Of a stretch of 38,676 nucleotides of DNA, positions 35,562-38,676 are shown piece by piece (the first letter of the stretch is position 1; the number at the start of each line of letters is the position of its first letter). The notes below the pieces were generated by a model. The model was not told the origin of the DNA. It did not search any database and was given only the letters and a program-made list of their open reading frames with translations. This DNA is from Candidatus Micrarchaeota archaeon (GTDB lineage: Archaea > Micrarchaeota > Micrarchaeia > Norongarragalinales > JBBILJ01), in assembly GCA_037444945.1 (NCBI GenBank), contig JBBILJ010000002.1:1-38676 (forward strand). The letters are read 5' to 3'. The translations under genes and the position numbers were made by a program.

Positions 35562-36509
35562 ATGGCGAACCAAAAAACCCCCTCCAACAAGTTCCAAGCC
35601 TACCTCCTCGAGCGGTACGACGAGCTCGAGCACTTCGTCGCTTCCACTGGCCTTCACGTCCCCCTCCCAGTCTTCATCATTTCCATGTTCTTGATCGGCG
35701 TTCTCGTCGCCTATGTCGTGTTCGCCGTCCTCAACCTCTCTTCCATTCTCTCCCTCGTCGCCTTCATCTCGGTAATGAGCCTCGTGCTCGGCATCCCGCT
35801 GACGCTGCGCAACGCGCGCATCGACGCCATCGAAAGCAACCTCCCCGACGCCCTCAAGCACATGGCGAGCGTGCTGACTTCGGGCGGCACCCTGGTGAGT
35901 GCTCTCGAAGAAACGGCGACCTCCGACTACGGTCCCCTCTCCGCCGACTTGCGGGAAGCCCTCAAGGAGCTCCGCGAGGGCCGCACCTTTGACGAGGTCC
36001 TCCTCGACGCGTCCCGCAACTCCGGCTCGCTGCTCTTCGAGCGCGTCACTTACATCGTGGTGGACGCGCGCCGCGCGGGCGCCGCCCTCGCCGACGTCCT
36101 CGTCGCCATCGCGGAAGACACGCGCGAAGTGTTGCGCATTAAACGCGAGCGCCTCTCCCGCACCACGATGCACACGGCCTTCCTCATCCTTAGTTCGATT
36201 TTCCTTGCTCCGTTCATTTTCGGCTTCACGCTCAGTGTCGTGGACTTTATTGGTACGGGCATGTCGCAAGCCCTGGGCCTCATCGGGCAAGCTGTTGCGC
36301 CCGACCCGAACCGCCTTTCCCTCGACGAAATGAACGGCCTCCTCACGGTCTTCATCGCCGTCGAAGTCGTCCTTACTTCTCTTGCGCTCGGCGTGATTCG
36401 CGAAGGAAAAACCCTTAAATACCTCCTCTATATCCCGTTTATGATTCTCCTCGCCCTCATCATTTTCGAGGGCGGCAAGTGGCTCGCTCACCTCCTCGTC
36501 AACGCGTAA
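35562..36509 (+). CDS. Type IV filament platform protein, single T2SSF domain (TadC-like half)
   Basis: An N-terminal TM pair, then a T2SSF domain (NLPDALKHMASVLTSGGTLVSALEETATSDYGPLSADLREALKELREGRTFDEVL...ARRAGAALADVLVAIAEDTRE), then C-terminal TM helices. Confidence 0.8.
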   Translation: MANQKTPSNKFQAYLLERYDELEHFVASTGLHVPLPVFIISMFLIGVLVAYVVFAVLNLSSILSLVAFISVMSLVLGIPLTLRNARIDAIESNLPDALKHMASVLTSGGTLVSALEETATSDYGPLSADLREALKELREGRTFDEVLLDASRNSGSLLFERVTYIVVDARRAGAALADVLVAIAEDTREVLRIKRERLSRTTMHTAFLILSSIFLAPFIFGFTLSVVDFIGTGMSQALGLIGQAVAPDPNRLSLDEMNGLLTVFIAVEVVLTSLALGVIREGKTLKYLLYIPFMILLALIIFEGGKWLAHLLVNA

Positions 36510-36578
36510 AAAAACGGTACCCCGCTCTAACCCAAACTTCCTTGCTCGAACTTTCCGCAAAACCCCGTGAATCCCTCC

Positions 36579-36707
36579 ATGCCGGTTCCCGTTTCCACTT
36601 CCCGCGCCCAGACTAGCGTGGAGTATCTTCTCCTTATCGCGGCTGTCGTCGTCATCGTCGCCATCATCGCGTACTTCGTGAAAGTCAAAATTCTCAGCGG
36701 TGGCTGA
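36579..36707 (+). CDS. Mini-pilin A (42 aa), class III signal peptide, Flp-like
   Basis: Hand translation gives MPVPVSTSRA|QTSVEYLLLIAAVVVIVAIIAYFVKVKILSGG, with TGA at 36705-36707. It has Q+1, E+5 and Y+6 followed by a hydrophobic helix. An in-frame GTG at 36567 is an alternative start. This ORF is not in the track (below 60 aa). Confidence 0.6.
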   Translation: MPVPVSTSRAQTSVEYLLLIAAVVVIVAIIAYFVKVKILSGG

Positions 36708-36724
36708 AAACCAGGTATTCCCTT

Positions 36725-36985
36725 ATGCCTATCTTCCTCGGCGCCCTCGCGAATTCCCTTGCCCCCCTCGCCCGCTTTCTTCGCGGTTTCCTCAATCGCT
36801 CCTTCGTTCCCGCTCCCTTGCGTCCCCGCCGCGGGCAGACCGCCACGGAGTACCTCCTCCTCATCGGCGCCGTTATTGTGTTCGTGCTCGTCGTCGTCGC
36901 TATCGTGCGCACCTACATTATCGGCCCGAGTCTGAATGAGAGCGCGAACCTCACCAACCTTTACCACAACCTCACGACGATTTAA
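36725..36985 (+). CDS. Pilin B (86 aa as tracked), class III signal peptide with an unusually long leader
   Basis: ...PLRPRRG|QTATEYLLLIGAVIVFVLVVVAIV, followed by the tail NESANLTNLYHNLTTI. AGGTAT lies 6 nt before ATG 36725. An in-frame TTG at 36818 would give a 6-aa leader (MRPRRG). Confidence 0.65.
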   Translation: MPIFLGALANSLAPLARFLRGFLNRSFVPAPLRPRRGQTATEYLLLIGAVIVFVLVVVAIVRTYIIGPSLNESANLTNLYHNLTTI

Positions 36986-36999
36986 CCCCGACTCCGGGC

Positions 37000-37008
37000 A
37001 TATAATAA
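37000..37008 (+). promoter_or_regulatory. TATA-box-like ATATAATAA, internal promoter candidate for pilin C
   Basis: It lies 70 nt upstream of GTG 37078. The TATA-like elements before pilins G and H have the same 66-70 nt spacing. Confidence 0.4.
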
Positions 37009-37077
37009 GCCTTTTAACCCCGCCCCGCGTCAATTCCCCGTTTACAAACCCGCTTTCCGATTCCTGGTGATTTTGAA

Positions 37078-37293
37078 GTGACGAGTGTTTTCGGCGACGA
37101 CAAAGGTCAAGGCTCCTTCGAGTACATCCTACTCGTCGGCGGCGCCATCCTCTTCGTTCTCATCGTGATTGCGATTTTGCGCTCTGGCTTCTTCACGCCC
37201 GCCGCCAACCAGACGAATCAGAGTACGACCGCGTACTACAATTACCTTAACGAAACGCGAGGCCAATTCACGGGTAACCGGTCGTTCCCTTGA
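37078..37293 (+). CDS. Pilin C (71 aa), class III signal peptide
   Basis: The GTG start lies 6 nt after GGTGAT (37066-37071). Sequence: MTSVFGDDKG|QGSFEYILLVGGAILFVLIVIAIL. The tail carries NQT, NQS, NET and NRS sequons. Confidence 0.75.
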   Translation: MTSVFGDDKGQGSFEYILLVGGAILFVLIVIAILRSGFFTPAANQTNQSTTAYYNYLNETRGQFTGNRSFP

Positions 37294-37361
37294 GGCGCAC
37301 CCCCCCCAAAAAAATCGGAGTCAAAACAGAACCACGCTTTTCAGAAACGGAGTGATTGACT

Positions 37362-37535
37362 ATGGATGAACGCGGCCAAGGCTCCTTCGAGTACATTCTT
37401 CTCCTTGCAGGAGTCCTCCTTATCGTCGTCCTTATCATCATCATGCTACATAACATCTCGCTCGCGCAAGCTGGCGCGCAAATCAACAACACGCTTTCCG
37501 TGTGGGCGAAACAAACCAACGCCTCCAACATCTAA
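37362..37535 (+). CDS. Pilin D (57 aa), class III signal peptide
   Basis: Hand translation gives MDERG|QGSFEYILLLAGVLLIVVLIIIMLHNISLAQAGAQINNTLSVWAKQTNASNI, with TAA at 37533-37535. GGAGTGAT lies 5 nt upstream. This ORF is not in the track, which shows only an out-of-frame ORF at 37366. Confidence 0.75.
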   Translation: MDERGQGSFEYILLLAGVLLIVVLIIIMLHNISLAQAGAQINNTLSVWAKQTNASNI

Positions 37536-37586
37536 CAATGAGTGTGACGGCGGAGTTTTGACGCTAAAATCTTCGGTGATATCTAC

Positions 37587-37742
37587 ATGGTTGAACGGGG
37601 TCAGGGAGCGTTGGAGTATTTGTTGTTGATTGGTGGCGCGATTTTGCGTGTCGGGCCGTTCGGCGCCGGCAAGGCTGCCCTCACCAATGGTGGCGGGAAC
37701 TACACGAACGCCGTGAACTTCTCAAACACGACGGTCTACTAA
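37587..37742 (+). CDS. Pilin E (51 aa), a mosaic paralog with its hydrophobic helix shortened by 9 residues; possibly non-functional
   Basis: Hand translation gives MVERG|QGALEYLLLIGGAILRVGPFGAGKAALTNGGGNYTNAVNFSNTTVY, with TAA at 37740-37742. GGTGAT lies 6 nt upstream. Relative to pilin G it lacks 27 nt encoding LVLIVLAIL. Confidence 0.5.
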   Translation: MVERGQGALEYLLLIGGAILRVGPFGAGKAALTNGGGNYTNAVNFSNTTVY

Positions 37743-37743
37743 G
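37689..37743 (+). repeat. 55-nt block identical to 38159-38213 (3' ends of pilins E and G, including the stop)
   Basis: ggtggcgggaactacacgaacgccgtgaacttctcaaacacgacggtctactaag is found at both positions on direct reading. Confidence 0.85.
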
Positions 37744-37913
37744 TGGATCAACGCGCTCAGGTGAGCACAGAGTATTTGCTCTTGCTCAGCCTGGGTCTCG
37801 TTGTCGCCATCGTGGCGGTCGGCCTCGCCCTCCAAATTCAAAACTTGGCGAACGTCGTCATGACGCGCATTTCGAGCGAGCGCAATGAAACCCTCGCCAT
37901 GCTTACTCAGTAA
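37743..37913 (+). CDS. Pilin F (56 aa), class III signal peptide
   Basis: GTG follows immediately after the pilin E stop. Sequence: MDQRA|QVSTEYLLLLSLGLVVAIVAVGLALQIQNLANVVMTRISSERNETLAMLTQ, with TAA at 37911-37913. Not in the track. Confidence 0.7.
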   Translation: MDQRAQVSTEYLLLLSLGLVVAIVAVGLALQIQNLANVVMTRISSERNETLAMLTQ

Positions 37914-37923
37914 AAAGCCCGTT

Positions 37924-37958
37924 CGGGGGCGTAAACGGCCCCCGACCCCGTCTTTTTT
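37924..37958 (+). terminator. Hairpin plus oligo-T terminator closing the ATPase-to-pilin-F unit
   Basis: CGGGGGC (37924-37930), loop gtaaacg, GCCCCCG (37938-37944), then tcTTTTTT (37951-37958). Confidence 0.55.
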
Positions 37959-37961
37959 AAA
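37953..37961 (+). promoter_or_regulatory. TATA-box-like TTTTTTAAA upstream of pilin G
   Basis: It lies 69 nt upstream of ATG 38030 and overlaps the preceding terminator T-tract. Confidence 0.45.
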
Positions 37962-38028
37962 CCTCTTTTTCCTCCCTCCTCACCGAGAGAATCCGAGCGG
38001 TGTTTGCTCGTTCTTCGGTGATACCAAC

Positions 38029-38069
38029 TATGGATGAACGTGGTCAGGGAGCGTTGGAGTATTTGTTGA
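38029..38069 (+). repeat. 41-nt block identical to 38411-38451 (5' ends of pilins G and H)
   Basis: tatggatgaacgtggtcagggagcgttggagtatttgttg is found at both positions. Confidence 0.85.
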
Positions 38070-38212
38070 TAATCGGCGGAGCAATCTTGCTCGTGCTGAT
38101 TGTGCTCGCGATTTTGCGTGTCGGGCCCTTCGGCGCCGGAAAGGCCGCTCTCATCAGCGGTGGCGGGAACTACACGAACGCCGTGAACTTCTCAAACACG
38201 ACGGTCTACTAA
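38030..38212 (+). CDS. Pilin G (60 aa), class III signal peptide
   Basis: I set the start at the ATG that lies 7 nt after GGTGAT (38017-38022). Sequence: MDERG|QGALEYLLIIGGAILLVLIVLAILRVGPFGAGKAALISGGGNYTNAVNFSNTTVY. Confidence 0.8.
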   Translation: MDERGQGALEYLLIIGGAILLVLIVLAILRVGPFGAGKAALISGGGNYTNAVNFSNTTVY

Positions 38213-38338
38213 GCGCGTTAAAGCGTTTTTGGAGACGCTCCTCATTCGGCTTGGGCGTTCGTTTTTCGCCCTCGCTTTCTTCCTTCTTTTTCCTCTTTCC
38301 TTCTCCGTCTTTTTGGGCGCGAGGACGTTGACCTTTCA

Positions 38339-38346
38339 TTTTTAAA
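38339..38346 (+). promoter_or_regulatory. TATA-box-like TTTTTAAA upstream of pilin H
   Basis: It lies 66 nt upstream of ATG 38412. It is preceded by an approximately 100-nt pyrimidine-rich stretch containing several T5 tracts (38226-38320) that probably terminates pilin G transcription. Confidence 0.45.
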
Positions 38347-38411
38347 GCTCGCCCCTCCTTTTCCGTTTACCGGGTTCGAACGGTCCTCGCCCGCCCGCTA
38401 GTGATACCCTT

Positions 38412-38594
38412 ATGGATGAACGTGGTCAGGGAGCGTTGGAGTATTTGTTGTTGATTGGCGGCGCGATTTTGCTCGTGCTCATCGTGCTCGTCGTCATTCG
38501 CGCGGGTCCGTTCGGCAACGCGGAGTCGAAACTCGGCGAGGGCGGGGCCGCTTACGTGAACGCGACCAACTACGGCAACATTGCTGGGCACTGA
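38412..38594 (+). CDS. Pilin H (60 aa), class III signal peptide
   Basis: MDERG|QGALEYLLLIGGAILLVLIVLVVIRAGPFGNAESKLGEGGAAYVNATNYGNIAGH. AGTGAT lies 6 nt upstream. Confidence 0.8.
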   Translation: MDERGQGALEYLLLIGGAILLVLIVLVVIRAGPFGNAESKLGEGGAAYVNATNYGNIAGH

Positions 38595-38647
38595 CGCGTC
38601 GCGCTCGCCATTCCTACCTTTTTTAATACAACTTCCTAGGCCGTGAA

Positions 38648-38672
38648 ATCCCAAGCTCTTCAGGCTTGGGAT
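38648..38672. other. Perfect 9-bp hairpin at the window edge (ATCCCAAGC-tcttcag-GCTTGGGAT)
   Basis: The inverted repeat was read directly. It is preceded by the TATA-like TTTTTTAATA at 38619-38628. It may be the 5' end of a transcript or RNA gene that is cut by the window. Confidence 0.3.
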
Positions 38673-38676
38673 GAAA

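Noticed and set aside
38154-38339. 61-aa Lys/Glu/Arg-rich minus-strand ORF between pilins G and H
   Set aside because: It overlaps the 3' end of pilin G and is the complement of a pyrimidine-rich terminator tract. The composition is an artefact of that tract.
38374-38381. GGGTTCGAAC, which resembles a tRNA T-loop, upstream of pilin H
   Set aside because: It is just an 8-nt palindrome (GTTCGAAC). No acceptor, D or anticodon arms can be built around it.
1-38676. Scan for CRISPR arrays, rRNA/tRNA genes, transposases, integrases or IS inverted repeats, and prophage-like genes
   Set aside because: I saw no regularly spaced direct repeats, no cloverleaf-compatible segments in the few spacers over 100 nt (7508-7618, 13255-13478, 25383-25553, 38213-38411), and no DDE, tyrosine or serine recombinase motifs in any frame I read. 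The only repeats are the pilin paralogs and the GGY coding repeat.

Overview
This is a GC-rich, gene-dense chromosomal segment that is clearly archaeal. The evidence is GatD/GatE, a class I CCA-adding enzyme, Pth2, Elp3, NurA, Rad50 with a zinc hook, class III signal-peptide pilins, and TTTAAA-type TATA boxes 22-35 nt upstream of many start codons. I cannot place the lineage. The many DUF361-like mini-pilins would fit a DPANN-like or similar archaeon, but that is only a guess. From 1 to about 31.4 kb the window is mostly housekeeping and nucleic-acid metabolism: a phosphoribosyltransferase, a translationally coupled bacterial-type uvrB-uvrA-uvrC operon, nth, cysS, nurA, pth2, a TRAM protein with an RGG/GGY tail, a Mut7-C/NUDIX fusion, rad50, cca, ligT, elp3, class II nrdJ and gatDE. 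Secreted or membrane proteins and one orphan type IV filament ATPase are interspersed among them. The most interesting part is 31.4-38.6 kb, a compact Epd/Tad-like type IV filament locus. It runs: membrane-anchored beta-sandwich protein, secretion ATPase, two separate half-size T2SSF platform proteins (TadB/TadC-like), then eight tandem mini-pilin genes of 42-86 aa. The pilins have Flp-like G/A|Q-x-x-x-E-Y processing sites and sequon-rich tails, and four of them fall below the 60-aa cutoff of the ORF track. The pilin paralogs show recombination. One copy is an exact mosaic of two others and has lost 27 nt of its hydrophobic helix. No prepilin peptidase is present in the window. There are two odd in-frame TAA situations. 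A helical-repeat gene continues in frame after its stop. An FHA-like ORF has no usable start and sits in frame behind the elp3 stop. I saw no rRNA, tRNA, CRISPR array or transposase. The many long antisense or out-of-frame ORFs in the track are GC-driven artefacts.
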